A stretch of DNA of 64,000 nt. It comes from an uncultured Alphaproteobacteria bacterium (lineage in GTDB: Bacteria; Pseudomonadota; Alphaproteobacteria; HIMB59; GCA-002718135). This document shows positions 46,134 to 57,153 of the stretch, piece after piece (within the stretch, counting starts at the first letter, position 1; each line of letters begins with the position of its first letter). The stretch covers positions 300 to 64,299 of the forward strand of contig CACGRD010000003.1 of the NCBI GenBank assembly GCA_902575375.1. The letters are read 5' to 3'. The notes under the pieces are model-generated. The model worked only from the letters and a program-made list of their open reading frames with translations, did no database searches and was not told where the DNA came from. Both the position numbers and the translations under genes were made by a program.

Positions 46134-46577
46134 TTAATGTTTGTGGCTATGTGTTCTGCCCATACCATAAGCACCACCTTCAGGTTTAAATTTTTCAAAA
46201 ACTTTTTTTACATTTCCGTGTAATTTTAGAACCATATCAAGAATTACAGCATCATCTTGAATAAGAATTCTGTTTTCTTCAATTTGACATGGCAGATGTC
46301 TATTTCCTATGTGCCATATGATTTGCTTTAAATTATCGCCCGTTATTTCAATTAAATTTTCTTCTTTAGATATAACTTTAATTAATTTTCCATTGTCTAA
46401 TTCAAAATAATGATTTTCATCAATACTGACGGTTTCTTCAAGATTAACTAAAAATTCAGTACCATTATTTGCTATAAGTTTTTTCCTACGAATAAATCTT
46501 TCTTCATAAGATAGTGAAATTTCATCAAATACTTCTTTATTATTATTGTGATTAATAATTTTGAATGAAGTATCCAT
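46134..46577 (-). CDS. ureE: urease accessory metallochaperone UreE
   Basis: IGNRHLP block and a His-containing C-terminus (GRTHSHKH). I moved the start to the ATG at 46577, one nt after the ureC stop; the track ORF extends to 46628. Confidence 0.75.
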   Translation of the reverse strand: MDTSFKIINHNNNKEVFDEISLSYEERFIRRKKLIANNGTEFLVNLEETVSIDENHYFELDNGKLIKVISKEENLIEITGDNLKQIIWHIGNRHLPCQIEENRILIQDDAVILDMVLKLHGNVKKVFEKFKPEGGAYGMGRTHSHKH

Positions 46578-46578
46578 T

Positions 46579-48285
46579 TTAGTACATAAAATAACGTTGA
46601 GCCAAAGGTAGCGTTTCAGCTGGCTCACAAGTAATTAATTCACCATCTGCTAAAACTTCATAAGTTTCTGGATTCACTTCTATTTTCGGACAATAATCAT
46701 TTAACATCATATCTTTTTTAGAAATTTTTCTAATATTTTTAACAGCTAACAAAGATTTACTTACACCAGAGTTTTTAAATGAATTTTTATCTAAAGAAAC
46801 TTTACTTACAAAAGTTACAGTAGATTTTTCTAATGATTTTCCAAATGAAGAAAACATTGGTCTTGAGTACACTGGTTGTGGTGTTGGTATAGATGCATTA
46901 GGATCACCCATTTGTGCGCAAGCAATACTTCCACCTTGTAAAACCATTTCAGGCTTAACACCAAAAAAGGCAGTATCCCAAATAACAATATCAGCACGTT
47001 TATTTTTTTCAATACTTCCAATATGATCAGAAATACCATGGGCAATTGCAGGATTAATTGTATATTTAGCGATGTATCTTTTAACTCTTAAATTGTCGTT
47101 ATCACCCTGCTCTTCTTTTAATTGTCCCCGTTGAACTTTCATTTTATGTGCTGTTTGCCATGTTCTAATAATAACCTCGCCAACACGACCCATAGCCTGA
47201 CTATCAGAAGCAATAATTGAAAAAGCACCCATGTCATGCAGTATATCTTCCGCTGCAATTGTTTCCTTTCGAATTCGACTTTCAGCAAAAGCAACGTCTT
47301 CGGGTATTGATTTATCTAAGTGATGGCAAACCATTAGCATATCTAAATGTTCTTCAACTGTATTAACTGTATAGGGTCTTGTTGGATTTGTAGATGACGG
47401 AATAACATACTGTTCTCCACATACTTTTATTATATCCGGTGCATGACCCCCACCGGCTCCTTCAGTATGAAAAGCGTGAATTGTTCGTCCATTAATTGCT
47501 TTAATTGTACTTTCGACAAATCCACTTTCATTTAATGTATCAGTATGAATCATGACTTGAATGTCATGATCATCAGCTACATTTAAACAATTATCTATAG
47601 CTGCTGGAGTTGTGCCCCAATCTTCATGTAATTTTAGTGAACTTGCACCAGCAATTACTTGTTCTTCAAGTGCTTGAGGCAATGAACTATTTCCTTTACC
47701 AGCAAAAGCCAAGTTCATAGAAAAAGCATCTGCTGATTGTATCATTCTTTCTATATGCCATGGCCCAGGTGTAACTGTTGTAGCTAAAGTACCATGTGCA
47801 GGGCCAGTTCCTCCTCCCAACATAGTTGTAATACCTGAATGAAGTGCATCATCTATTTGCTGTGGACAAATAAAATGTATATGACTGTCAAATCCTCCAG
47901 CTGTTGTAATTTTGCCCTCACCAGCAATTATTTCTGTTCCAGGTCCAATAATAATATTTACATTAGGTTGTGTGTCTGGATTTCCTGCTTTGCCAATTTC
48001 ATTAATTAAGCCATCTTTGATTCCGATATCAGCTTTATAAATCCCTTTTACATCTACTATTAAAGAATTAGTGATAACAGTATCCACAGCACCGTCTTGT
48101 CTGGATACTTGAGACTGACCCATTCCGTCTCGGATAACTTTACCTCCACCAAACTTTACTTCTTCACCGTATGTTGTTAGATCTTTTTCTACTTCAATAA
48201 AAAGTTCAGTGTCAGCAAGTCTAATTTTATCTCCAGTTGTTGGACCATACATATCAGCATAAGCATCTCTATTTATTTTTTTCAT
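46579..48285 (-). CDS. ureC: urease alpha subunit UreC
   Basis: Blocks [39 protein letters not shown] and [13 protein letters not shown]. Confidence 0.95.
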   Translation of the reverse strand: MKKINRDAYADMYGPTTGDKIRLADTELFIEVEKDLTTYGEEVKFGGGKVIRDGMGQSQVSRQDGAVDTVITNSLIVDVKGIYKADIGIKDGLINEIGKAGNPDTQPNVNIIIGPGTEIIAGEGKITTAGGFDSHIHFICPQQIDDALHSGITTMLGGGTGPAHGTLATTVTPGPWHIERMIQSADAFSMNLAFAGKGNSSLPQALEEQVIAGASSLKLHEDWGTTPAAIDNCLNVADDHDIQVMIHTDTLNESGFVESTIKAINGRTIHAFHTEGAGGGHAPDIIKVCGEQYVIPSSTNPTRPYTVNTVEEHLDMLMVCHHLDKSIPEDVAFAESRIRKETIAAEDILHDMGAFSIIASDSQAMGRVGEVIIRTWQTAHKMKVQRGQLKEEQGDNDNLRVKRYIAKYTINPAIAHGISDHIGSIEKNKRADIVIWDTAFFGVKPEMVLQGGSIACAQMGDPNASIPTPQPVYSRPMFSSFGKSLEKSTVTFVSKVSLDKNSFKNSGVSKSLLAVKNIRKISKKDMMLNDYCPKIEVNPETYEVLADGELITCEPAETLPLAQRYFMY

Positions 48286-48593
48286 TACAATTGACCCATC
48301 ACTTTCTTATTAAAACCAAATATCTTTCTATTTCCCGTTATTGGAATTAATTCTACATCTTTTGATTGACCTGGTTCAAACCGAACAGCAGTACCAGAGG
48401 GTATGTCTAAACGCATACCATTTGATTTTTCTCTATCAAATTTTAAATATTCATTTGTTTCAGCAAAATGATAATGACTACCAACCTGAATTGGCCGATC
48501 TCCACTATTTGAAACTTTTAAAGTTATTGATTGTCTTTCATCATTCAAATTAATGTTACTATTTTGTTTTGTTATTATTTCACCAGGTTTCAT
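48285..48593 (-). CDS. ureB: urease beta subunit UreB
   Basis: MKPGEI...[20 protein letters not shown] block. Confidence 0.9.
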   Translation of the reverse strand: MKPGEIITKQNSNINLNDERQSITLKVSNSGDRPIQVGSHYHFAETNEYLKFDREKSNGMRLDIPSGTAVRFEPGQSKDVELIPITGNRKIFGFNKKVMGQL

Positions 48594-48895
48594 TATCTTA
48601 TCGGTTTATGTACTGTTACTAATTTTGTTCCATCTGGAAATGTTGCTTCTACCTGAACTTCAGAAATCATGTCTGGAATACCATCCATGCAATCTTCTTT
48701 TTTTACTACGTGCGCACCTGTTTCCATTAATTCTGATACCATTTTTCCATCTCTTGCACCTTCTATGACAAAATCTGTTATTAAAGCTATAGCTTCTGGA
48801 TAATTAAGCTTAACACCTCTCTCTAAACGTTTTCTGGCAACATTAGCTGCCATACTCACCATCAACTTATCTTTTTCTCTTGGCGTTAATTTCAT
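48593..48895 (-). CDS. ureA: urease gamma subunit UreA
   Basis: [13 protein letters not shown]...[20 protein letters not shown] block. Confidence 0.9.
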   Translation of the reverse strand: MKLTPREKDKLMVSMAANVARKRLERGVKLNYPEAIALITDFVIEGARDGKMVSELMETGAHVVKKEDCMDGIPDMISEVQVEATFPDGTKLVTVHKPIR

Positions 48896-49690
48896 TTATA
48901 GATCCCAACTTTTTGGTAGTTTATCATTTATTATATTTTTCATAATTAAATTTAGTGTTTTTTTTAAATCATAATTATCATCGGCTAAGCACCTAATAAC
49001 AATCTTTTCATCAAATTTTGTCATTTCACAATAATGATTTTCTAAGTTTTTTGTAACTTTTCTTAATTCAGACTCTAGTTGATGAATAATATCACCAAAA
49101 ATTAAAATTGTTGATAAAGATGATTGATTATCAAATGTATAATTATTTTTTAAATTATCAATGGTTGATCCCTTTATATTAATTGCTTCAAAATGCTTTA
49201 TGAAAGAATTAGTGAAAATTTTCCATTGATCAGAAAAAGAAATATTTTTAATTTTTTCAGACATTGCTTTTCTTCCAAAAATTGTAGTTTCACAAAATAT
49301 CAAATTAGAATTATTTGATAGATTAATATTTATATTTCTTCTTAATTTTGAATTATCAAATAAAATTAACTCTTTGGGCAACCAATACAAAGTTGAATTA
49401 TTTAATTTAATATTTATTTCTACTCTAGCAGGATCACCAATTCCTGCATAAATTTTTTCTGCTGCTTGTGTACAAACACTTAATTGAGAATTATTAATAA
49501 CAGCATCAATTTTAATATTATCATTACAGGTAATGCCTCCTGCTGTATTAATTAAAACTAATTCTTTAAATTCATTATAATTTTTTGGATTTAAGATTTT
49601 ACAACAACCACTTTGAAAAAATTTTGAAAAATCATTATTTAATAATTCTATATCTATTTTTCCATTTGATCTTTGAAGTAATTTATCCAT
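48896..49690 (-). CDS. ureD: urease accessory protein UreD/UreH
   Basis: It is the first gene of the cluster and 264 aa long. INTAGGITCND resembles the UreD GG-x-x-GD block. Confidence 0.75.
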   Translation of the reverse strand: MDKLLQRSNGKIDIELLNNDFSKFFQSGCCKILNPKNYNEFKELVLINTAGGITCNDNIKIDAVINNSQLSVCTQAAEKIYAGIGDPARVEINIKLNNSTLYWLPKELILFDNSKLRRNININLSNNSNLIFCETTIFGRKAMSEKIKNISFSDQWKIFTNSFIKHFEAINIKGSTIDNLKNNYTFDNQSSLSTILIFGDIIHQLESELRKVTKNLENHYCEMTKFDEKIVIRCLADDNYDLKKTLNLIMKNIINDKLPKSWDL

Positions 49691-49816
49691 TATTAATTTT
49701 TAAGTATAATTAAATCAAAATATAAGAAAATAAAATATTTAATGGTTAGAGATTAAAAATTATTAATAAAAAATAGTTTAGTTTTTGCTATAAATTTTAC
49801 CAACGCAAAACAAACC

Positions 49817-50394
49817 TTAGGATACTGAAAAACCTATTCCTATTGCATATATCAATGTTCCAATTCCAACTTTTCCACCTAAAAAAAATCCTATACCCAC
49901 TGCAGATAGTTCAAGTAATGTTCTGATAAATGAAATTGAAAAATTAGTTTGTTTATTTAAACCAGTCATCAGTCCATCTCTTGGCCCAGGTCCTAAATTT
50001 TCAGCTAAATAAAAACCACTTCCTATACCTATTATGAAAATACCAATTAAAACTTGTAAAAATTGAAATAAGAAATCTTTTGGATAAGGAAGATAGATTA
50101 ATGAAAGATCCAAAATCACAGAAATTAAAATAGCATTTAATATTGTTCCAATGCCTGGTTTTTGTTTTAGTGGAAACCAAAGTAACAATACCGCAACACT
50201 TACAAAAAATGTTGTAATACCAATTGTGTAACCTGTTTTAAATGCTAATCCCTGATGTAATAAAACCAAGGTGAAACTCCCAAATTTGCAGTAATTAATA
50301 AAGCTTCACCAATGCCAAATAGTATAAGTCCTAAAATTAAATAAAAATTGTTATTTTTTTTGGCCTTAGATTGTATTCTAAATGAGAGCTCCAA
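49817..50394 (-). pseudogene. YczE/DUF6198-like membrane protein gene split by a frameshift
   Basis: The upstream frame (from TTG 50394) encodes ...FYLILGLILFGIGEALLITANLGVSPW and then runs into a TAG at 50245-50247. The 150-aa ORF continues in another frame from 50269 with VLLHQGLAFKTGYTIG...GPGPRDGLM. Confidence 0.45.
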
Positions 50395-50498
50395 GATAAT
50401 TTGGGTATTTCTTTAAGTCTTAATATATGAAAAAAGATTTTTACCATCTAAGACTCATACAGATTAACCCAGCATCAACCTTTAATATCTCATCAATA

Positions 50499-50783
50499 TT
50501 AATTTTTATGATTTAATGTTACTTCACCAGTCTTTGTGTCAACAACATCAAAAGTTTTTTCATTATTACCCATTCTTTTAGCTCTAGCAGCTGAAGCACG
50601 TTCCATTGCTTCGTTATCAGCATATAAAGATATGGCCATTACAGTGGTATCACTTGCACGAATTTGTAGTAATTGTTCTGCTTCAGGAAATTCACTTGGT
50701 GCTTTTGCTGAATAATCTTTAATTGATTCATCAGCATCATCTTTAGTTTTAAAATTTATTGTGGTTATTCTAGCTACAGACAT
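50499..50783 (-). CDS. small ABM/Dabb-like (ferredoxin-fold) protein, unknown function
   Basis: The start was moved to MSVARITT..., which is preceded by the RBS TAGGAG. The track ORF extends to 50867. Confidence 0.45.
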   Translation of the reverse strand: MSVARITTINFKTKDDADESIKDYSAKAPSEFPEAEQLLQIRASDTTVMAISLYADNEAMERASAARAKRMGNNEKTFDVVDTKTGEVTLNHKN

Positions 50784-50925
50784 TTTAACTCCTATCTGAT
50801 TTAACAATATTAATATTACGAATTTAAATAATATTACTCTTACATTAATATCATTTAAAAATAGCAATTTTATAAAATATTGTGGTATTAAATCATATGT
50901 TAATAAACATATTTTTAATAGTAAT

Positions 50926-52518
50926 ATGATTGTACTGGGATTAAATTTTGCACATGATGGATCTGCGTGCTTGGTTAAAGATGGAAAATTATTATGTGCT
51001 ATTAGCTCAGAAAGAGTAACTAGGATAAAAAAATTTCATGGAGTGACTCCTGAAGTAATTAATTATTTGTTCGATGAAACAGGGTATGGAATTAATGATG
51101 TTGATGCAATAGCACTATCTCAATATTATTTAGATAGATCAAATAATACTCTAAAAATTTTTCATGAAGGTAAACAAATTAAAGATGCAATACATGCTGT
51201 TTTTGATAATGATTATATGAAAACAGAAGGACTATTATTCGATAAAAAAATTGATACTTATATTTTTTCACATCACCTTTGTCATTGTGCCTCTTCTTTT
51301 TATACTAGTAATTTTGATAAGGCACTTTGTTTTAGTCTAGACTCAAGTTATGGAGATATAAGATCAAATAGTATGTATTATTTTGGAAATGGAAAAAAAT
51401 TAGAAGTTATTGAGTGTCCAGGATTAATGATAGGAGTTGCTTATACTATTTTTACTCAAAATTTAGGTTTAGGACCAGGTTATTTAAAAGCAGGAAGTAC
51501 AATGGGTTTAGCAGCTTACGGTAAACCATTACCTGTATTAACAAAGAAATTAGAGGAATATATTAACAAGTGTTTCTTTGAACAATTTTCTAAAATTGAT
51601 TATAGGGTTTATTTTAAAGATTTATGGAAGGAATGGTCTGGAAGAGAAGAAAAATTTGATAAAAGTGAAATAAATTCTAAACTATCTATGGATCTTGCTG
51701 CAAGTATACAATTACTTTTTGAAGAAAGTATTTTGAAGTCAATCAAAAGTTTTGATTATAAAATTAACAACAATTTATGTTTATCTGGAGGATCTTTTTT
51801 AAATTGTAATATTAATTCAAGAATAATTAATGAAACAAATTATAAAAATGTCCATCATTTTCCTGCCTGTGGCGATGATGGAATTGCAATTGGAGCAGCT
51901 CTTTATCTTAGTCATAATATATTTGATCAAAATAGAAATAATTATAGTGATAAAGAGATTTGTTACTTAGGAAAAAAGTATAACAATATTGAAGTTGATT
52001 ATAAATATATTGCTAAACTAATATCAAATAATAAAATTATTGGTTGGTTCTTTGGTGAATCAGAATTTGGACCCAGAGCCTTAGGTAATAGAAGTATACT
52101 AGCTGATCCAAGAAATTATCATAATCGTGAGTTATTAAATTTTTATATTAAAAATAGAGAATGGTTTAGACCTTTTGCGCCTGTAGTTTTAGAAGATGAG
52201 TGCGATAACTGGTTTGACTTAAACATTAAAAGTCCATTTATGCTCTATACTTGTAATGTAAAAAATCCAAATAAAATTCCAGCTGTTACTCATGTTGATA
52301 ATTCAGCAAGAGTACAAACAATAAATGAAAATATGAATCCACAATATTTCAAACTTTTAACTGAATTCTTCAAAATAACAAATGTACCAGTTTTAATTAA
52401 TACTAGTTTGAACGGCAATGGAGAACCAATATTAGAAACAGAAGAAGAAGCTGTAGAATATTTTAATAATAGTAACTTAGATGCAATAGTAATAAATGGA
52501 AAAATTTACGAAAAATAA
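50926..52518 (+). CDS. carbamoyltransferase (NodU/CmcH family)
   Basis: GLNFAHDGSACLVKDGKLL.AISSERVTRIKK, FGPRALGNRSILADPR, RPFAPVV and THVDNSARVQT blocks. Confidence 0.85.
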   Translation: MIVLGLNFAHDGSACLVKDGKLLCAISSERVTRIKKFHGVTPEVINYLFDETGYGINDVDAIALSQYYLDRSNNTLKIFHEGKQIKDAIHAVFDNDYMKTEGLLFDKKIDTYIFSHHLCHCASSFYTSNFDKALCFSLDSSYGDIRSNSMYYFGNGKKLEVIECPGLMIGVAYTIFTQNLGLGPGYLKAGSTMGLAAYGKPLPVLTKKLEEYINKCFFEQFSKIDYRVYFKDLWKEWSGREEKFDKSEINSKLSMDLAASIQLLFEESILKSIKSFDYKINNNLCLSGGSFLNCNINSRIINETNYKNVHHFPACGDDGIAIGAALYLSHNIFDQNRNNYSDKEICYLGKKYNNIEVDYKYIAKLISNNKIIGWFFGESEFGPRALGNRSILADPRNYHNRELLNFYIKNREWFRPFAPVVLEDECDNWFDLNIKSPFMLYTCNVKNPNKIPAVTHVDNSARVQTINENMNPQYFKLLTEFFKITNVPVLINTSLNGNGEPILETEEEAVEYFNNSNLDAIVINGKIYEK

Positions 52519-52545
52519 CTAAATCAATTATCAAAAGATTAAATA

Positions 52546-53376
52546 TTATTTAATAGCACCCTCAGTTAGACCTGATACAAAATATTTTCCAATAAATACG
52601 AATAATAATATCACTGGTAAACTTGCAAGCACAGCTCCAGATAATAAAAAACCCCAATCAATTTGATATTGACCTACAATTCCAGCTAAACCAACAGGTA
52701 AGGTTTTTAAATTATCACCACTTATTAATATAGATGCAAAAAGATATTCAGTCCAAGATATAATAAAACAAAAAATTGATACACTTGCAATACCTGGAGC
52801 AGCTAATGGAACAATAATTCTAGAAATCACAATATATCTTGATGCACCATCAATATATGCCGCCTCCTCTATCTCATTAGGAATTAATTTAAAAAAAGCT
52901 TTTAACATCCAAACTGCAAATGGAGTGGCAAATAAAACATTAACAATAATCAAAGCAAAATAACTGTTAAGTAAATTTACTTTTGCAAATAATAAATAAA
53001 TAGGCACTAATAAAATGACTCCTGGAAAGGCATATGTCACTAGAAGCGAATATTCTACAAATTTATTTCCATAAAATTTAAGTTTATGTAAGCCATAAGC
53101 TGCCGATACAGACAGAATAATTGAAATTATCATAGAGGAAAATGAAACTATTAAACTATTTTTTAAATATATAAAAAAATCTGAATTAAATAATATTTTA
53201 TTATAATGTTCCAAAGTAAAAGTTCTTGGAATAATTGTTGTAGATGTAGCAATAATTTCTTCAGGACTTTTAAAAGACGATGTAATTATCCAAAAAAAAG
53301 GAAAGAAAAAAATTAGTATAATTAAAAATAAAGATAAGCTTAAAAATATAAGTTTGAAATTATTTTCTTTAATCAT
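52546..53376 (-). CDS. carbohydrate ABC transporter permease (MalG/UgpE-like)
   Basis: EAA loop EEAAYIDGASRYIVISRIIVPLAAP and six TM segments. Confidence 0.8.
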   Translation of the reverse strand: MIKENNFKLIFLSLSLFLIILIFFFPFFWIITSSFKSPEEIIATSTTIIPRTFTLEHYNKILFNSDFFIYLKNSLIVSFSSMIISIILSVSAAYGLHKLKFYGNKFVEYSLLVTYAFPGVILLVPIYLLFAKVNLLNSYFALIIVNVLFATPFAVWMLKAFFKLIPNEIEEAAYIDGASRYIVISRIIVPLAAPGIASVSIFCFIISWTEYLFASILISGDNLKTLPVGLAGIVGQYQIDWGFLLSGAVLASLPVILLFVFIGKYFVSGLTEGAIK

Positions 53377-54250
53377 CTTCTTTGGGTGCCATAGATTTAA
53401 TAAATATAATTGAAAATAATAATAATAAGAAACTAGTAATTATTGATAAGGTTGCGGCCTGACTGATTCTAAATTTGGTAAATGCTGTCTCATAAATTAA
53501 TAATGGTAAAGTTGTAGTGGCACTTGATGGTCCGCCTTTTGTGATCAACCATATAATGTCAAATATATTGAATGATAATAATGTCCCAACTAAACCTAAA
53601 ACAAAAAGAACACTTTTAAGATTTGGAAATGTAATGAAAAGGAACTGTTGAACAAAATTAGCTCCATCAACTTTAGATGCATCATACATTTCTCTGTTTA
53701 TGGAATTTAGACCAGAAAGAATAATTAATGCTAAAAAAGGACTCCATCTCCATGAATTAATTAGAACTAAACTCAAAAAAGCTTTATTTGGCGAGCTAAA
53801 AAAGCCTGTAGCTTCATCCAACAAACCGATATCAATTAAAACTGAATTTATTACACCGCTACTACTACTCAGCATTAATTTCCAAATTACCACAACTACT
53901 ACTGTTGGAATTATAAAAGATAATATAATCCAATTTGCCATAATTTTTTTTCCAGGAAATTTATAATTAATAGTTAAGGCAATAGTGAATGCAAAAAATG
54001 TCTGGCAGATTGCATTACCAATTATCCAATAGAAACTATTCAATGAAGCATTTAAAAATTTAGATTTACCAAATAGTTTTATGTAGTTATCAATACCTAC
54101 AAATTTTCCTGATGTACCAATGATCTTGACATTAAATAAACTTAATTCGAATGCTATATAAATTGGAACTAAAATAATAAGGGAAATCCAAATAACTAAT
54201 GGAGATACAAACAACCAGCCTTCAATATTATTTTTTTTCACAGAAATCAC
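53369..54250 (-). CDS. carbohydrate ABC transporter permease (MalF/UgpA-like)
   Basis: EAA-type loop YDASKVDGANFVQQFLFITFPNLK. It overlaps the downstream permease gene by 8 nt. Confidence 0.8.
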   Translation of the reverse strand: MISVKKNNIEGWLFVSPLVIWISLIILVPIYIAFELSLFNVKIIGTSGKFVGIDNYIKLFGKSKFLNASLNSFYWIIGNAICQTFFAFTIALTINYKFPGKKIMANWIILSFIIPTVVVVVIWKLMLSSSSGVINSVLIDIGLLDEATGFFSSPNKAFLSLVLINSWRWSPFLALIILSGLNSINREMYDASKVDGANFVQQFLFITFPNLKSVLFVLGLVGTLLSFNIFDIIWLITKGGPSSATTTLPLLIYETAFTKFRISQAATLSIITSFLLLLFSIIFIKSMAPKEDD

Positions 54251-54286
54251 AGCACCTCTTATATAGAGGTGCTGAAAAGTTTTTAA

Positions 54287-55558
54287 TTATTCAATAGCTT
54301 CAGTCATTATTTCCATACCTTCACTAACTGCATCTTTTGCACTTTTGCCGTCAATTAAAGTTAGTTGAAGAGTTTGAGCTAATAAATTCTGAGCCGAGAT
54401 AGATGATATGCTTGTAAAAGTATTACCATTCGTAAAACCAAACAGACTGCCTCTTGTTGAATTGTCTAACATTGTTTCTACTTGTGATTTATATTTTACA
54501 ACAACCGGATCATCCCAATAAGTTGAATCTTGACTTCCAGCTTCAGTTATTGGTAAAAATAATCCTGGTTCCATGTTGATAAATCTTCCATAATTTCCAG
54601 GCTCCATTAAGAAACTCAGAAACTTTTTAGAAGCTTCCATTTTTGCTTCGTCAGCAGTCATTATCATAGCAGAGTTCACATATGAAACAGTTCCAGCTTT
54701 ATGATGTTTACCATTTGCATGTGGTATTTGAATAACACCTAAATCACTTGCATCTCCACCAGCTTGTGAGTCATATGTAGAAATAACAGTAAACTGCAAT
54801 ATCATTGCGCAGCCTTTACTTGCAAAACATGCTTCGGCTTCACCCCAGGTCCAGTTTGCTGCATCAGGTGCTGAATATTGATATAATTCTTTATAAACAT
54901 CATACGCTGCTATAGTTTCAGGATTATCAAATCTTAACGTACCATCAGAATTATAAATTTCTTCTGCACCTGAATTAACCATGAAGCTATAAATTGTTTG
55001 ATCTGTATAAAGTTGTTTATTGCCAGGAAGACCTATTCCATAAACACCGTCTTTAGTTAGGGCCTTAGCAGCTTTTTTTAGATCAGACCAAGTTTTTGGA
55101 GGTTCAATACCTGCTGCTTCAAAATCACTTTTTCTATACCATAATGAAAGACCCATGTTCCATAAAGGAACAGCCCAGGTGTGACCATTATAAGTATATT
55201 GATCAAGAGCTTTTTGATAAAAACCATATTTTGCATCTAGTTCTGCAACAAAATCCTCAACAGGTTGTGCTGCTCCCATATCAGCAAGAATAGGAGTAAA
55301 ATCTGGAATACCTACTAATATTTCTGGTGCGGTACCTGCAGCAACTGATGCAGGTGCTTTCGCGTAAATTTCACCCCAGTTTTGAACTTCTTGTGTTACA
55401 TTAATATCTGGATTAGCAGAATTAAATTCATCAATTAATGTTTGAATTCTATCAACTCTATGTGGAACACCTTCCATATGCCAAAAAGTAACATTTGTTA
55501 CAGCATAAGCATTTAAAGAAAATAGAATTGTAATAAAAAATAATAATATTTTATTCAT
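54287..55558 (-). CDS. ABC transporter extracellular solute-binding protein, family 1 (sugar/polyol type)
   Basis: Signal peptide, 423 aa, and first position in the permease operon. Confidence 0.8.
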   Translation of the reverse strand: MNKILLFFITILFSLNAYAVTNVTFWHMEGVPHRVDRIQTLIDEFNSANPDINVTQEVQNWGEIYAKAPASVAAGTAPEILVGIPDFTPILADMGAAQPVEDFVAELDAKYGFYQKALDQYTYNGHTWAVPLWNMGLSLWYRKSDFEAAGIEPPKTWSDLKKAAKALTKDGVYGIGLPGNKQLYTDQTIYSFMVNSGAEEIYNSDGTLRFDNPETIAAYDVYKELYQYSAPDAANWTWGEAEACFASKGCAMILQFTVISTYDSQAGGDASDLGVIQIPHANGKHHKAGTVSYVNSAMIMTADEAKMEASKKFLSFLMEPGNYGRFINMEPGLFLPITEAGSQDSTYWDDPVVVKYKSQVETMLDNSTRGSLFGFTNGNTFTSISSISAQNLLAQTLQLTLIDGKSAKDAVSEGMEIMTEAIE

Positions 55559-55629
55559 TTTTCCTCACTTAATTTATGATTAATATTTTAATATCAATAT
55601 ATTAATATTATCAACTAAATTAGAGACTT

Positions 55630-57153
55630 TCACCAAATATTATTCAATGACTCTCTTAATTTTTTATATTTTTGATATTTATTATTAAGATATTTGAATT
55701 GTTTTCTTTGGGGTGTGTAAATATGACCAATATTTTGATGATCATTAATTAATTTTTTTAAATCTTTTTGATGCAGGTAACTATCAATTAAGAATGCAAT
55801 GCCTAGTGCACCTAGTTCTGAATTAGTTAAAATCTTGACTTTAATGTTTAAAACATTCGCAATTAATTGAGGTAAGATTTTACTTTTTGATGCACCTCCT
55901 GCAAGATAAAGACTATCTTTAGTTTTAATTTTATTCGCAAAACAATCCTTAATAGATAATGCTAAACCTTCATAACAAGCAATCATAATATCAAAATTAT
56001 TATGATGTGGTAAAATTCCAAAAATTTCAGCTTTAGAATTTAAATTTACAAATGGGGATATTGATCCTCCATAATTTATATAAGGAAGAAATATCAATGA
56101 ATTTTCTGGATAATTATAAGTGATATATTTTTTTTCAAAACTATTAATTATTTTAATCTTATCTGAATAATTTTTTGAATTTTTGTAAAAATTATGAATA
56201 ACCCAATCAATATTAGTTGTTCCTGCAACGTTTATTTTAGTCTCTAACCAAGTATTATTTAAAGAAGCAAAAAATAATCCTGAACCATCTGAAGAAATTT
56301 TTGAATTATTTTTAACTATAATATTATGGCATGTAGTTCCAATAATGCTTATTTTCTTGTTACGATTAATTCCTCCAGCACCTAAAATAGAAGCTATAAC
56401 GTCACCGCATCCTATAATAACGGGTGTACCAATTTTTAAACTTGTTAATTTTGATGCACTTTTAGTAACGTATCCACCTAATTCATTTGATTTTTTTATT
56501 TCTGGGAACAGTTTGAAGTATTTAGTATTTAGATTGAAAATTTTGAAAATTTTTTTGGATAATTTTCTATTTTTTATATCTCCTGGGTATACTGAAACTT
56601 CTGTTTCATCATTATTTAAATTACCTGTTAATTTAAATCTTAACCAATCTTTACAAGTTAAAATGTATTTAATTTTATTTAAATTTTCTTTTTCAAATTT
56701 AGTAATCCATTTTAGAATAGGTATAGTACAGCCGTATTGCGTGATAGAACCTGTAATTTTATAAATCTGATCAAATATTTTTTTATTAGTGAAAATTTTT
56801 TGGCTTCTTGTGTCATTCCACAAAATTGCATTTCTTACTGGTTTATTTTTATTATTTATAGACCAAAATCCAACCATATTTCCAGTTATTCCTAAACCAA
56901 CAATTGATTGTGACTGGATTTTTGTTTTTTTTATTAAAAGTTTAATACATGTTGCTGTAAGTAACCAAAATTTTTCCATTTCAATTTCAGATTTACCAAA
57001 ATTATCTGTTATTACTGGATTTTTTACACTATGCGAATTTATTTGTTTAAATTTTGTACTAAAAATTACAGTCTTGATTACTGAAGTTCCAGCATCAATT
57101 GCAATATAATATTTCAAATGTAATCTCTTAAATTTACAGCCATGAATAACCAA
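55630..57153 (-). CDS. FGGY-family carbohydrate kinase
   Basis: YYIAIDAGTSVIKTV (phosphate-1 motif), GCGDVIASILGAG and YLAGGASKSKILPQ. A TTG at 57117 (MKYYIAIDAG) is a more likely start than the TTG at 57153. Confidence 0.8.
   Translation of the reverse strand: MVIHGCKFKRLHLKYYIAIDAGTSVIKTVIFSTKFKQINSHSVKNPVITDNFGKSEIEMEKFWLLTATCIKLLIKKTKIQSQSIVGLGITGNMVGFWSINNKNKPVRNAILWNDTRSQKIFTNKKIFDQIYKITGSITQYGCTIPILKWITKFEKENLNKIKYILTCKDWLRFKLTGNLNNDETEVSVYPGDIKNRKLSKKIFKIFNLNTKYFKLFPEIKKSNELGGYVTKSASKLTSLKIGTPVIIGCGDVIASILGAGGINRNKKISIIGTTCHNIIVKNNSKISSDGSGLFFASLNNTWLETKINVAGTTNIDWVIHNFYKNSKNYSDKIKIINSFEKKYITYNYPENSLIFLPYINYGGSISPFVNLNSKAEIFGILPHHNNFDIMIACYEGLALSIKDCFANKIKTKDSLYLAGGASKSKILPQLIANVLNIKVKILTNSELGALGIAFLIDSYLHQKDLKKLINDHQNIGHIYTPQRKQFKYLNNKYQKYKKLRESLNNIW

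Noticed and set aside
56345-57109. Two long plus-strand ORFs (139 and 106 aa) antisense to the FGGY kinase gene.
   Set aside because: They lie fully inside a gene with clear family motifs on the other strand. Their composition is low-complexity and rich in Leu, Ile, Phe and Pro, as expected for the antisense of AT-rich coding DNA. They have no RBS.
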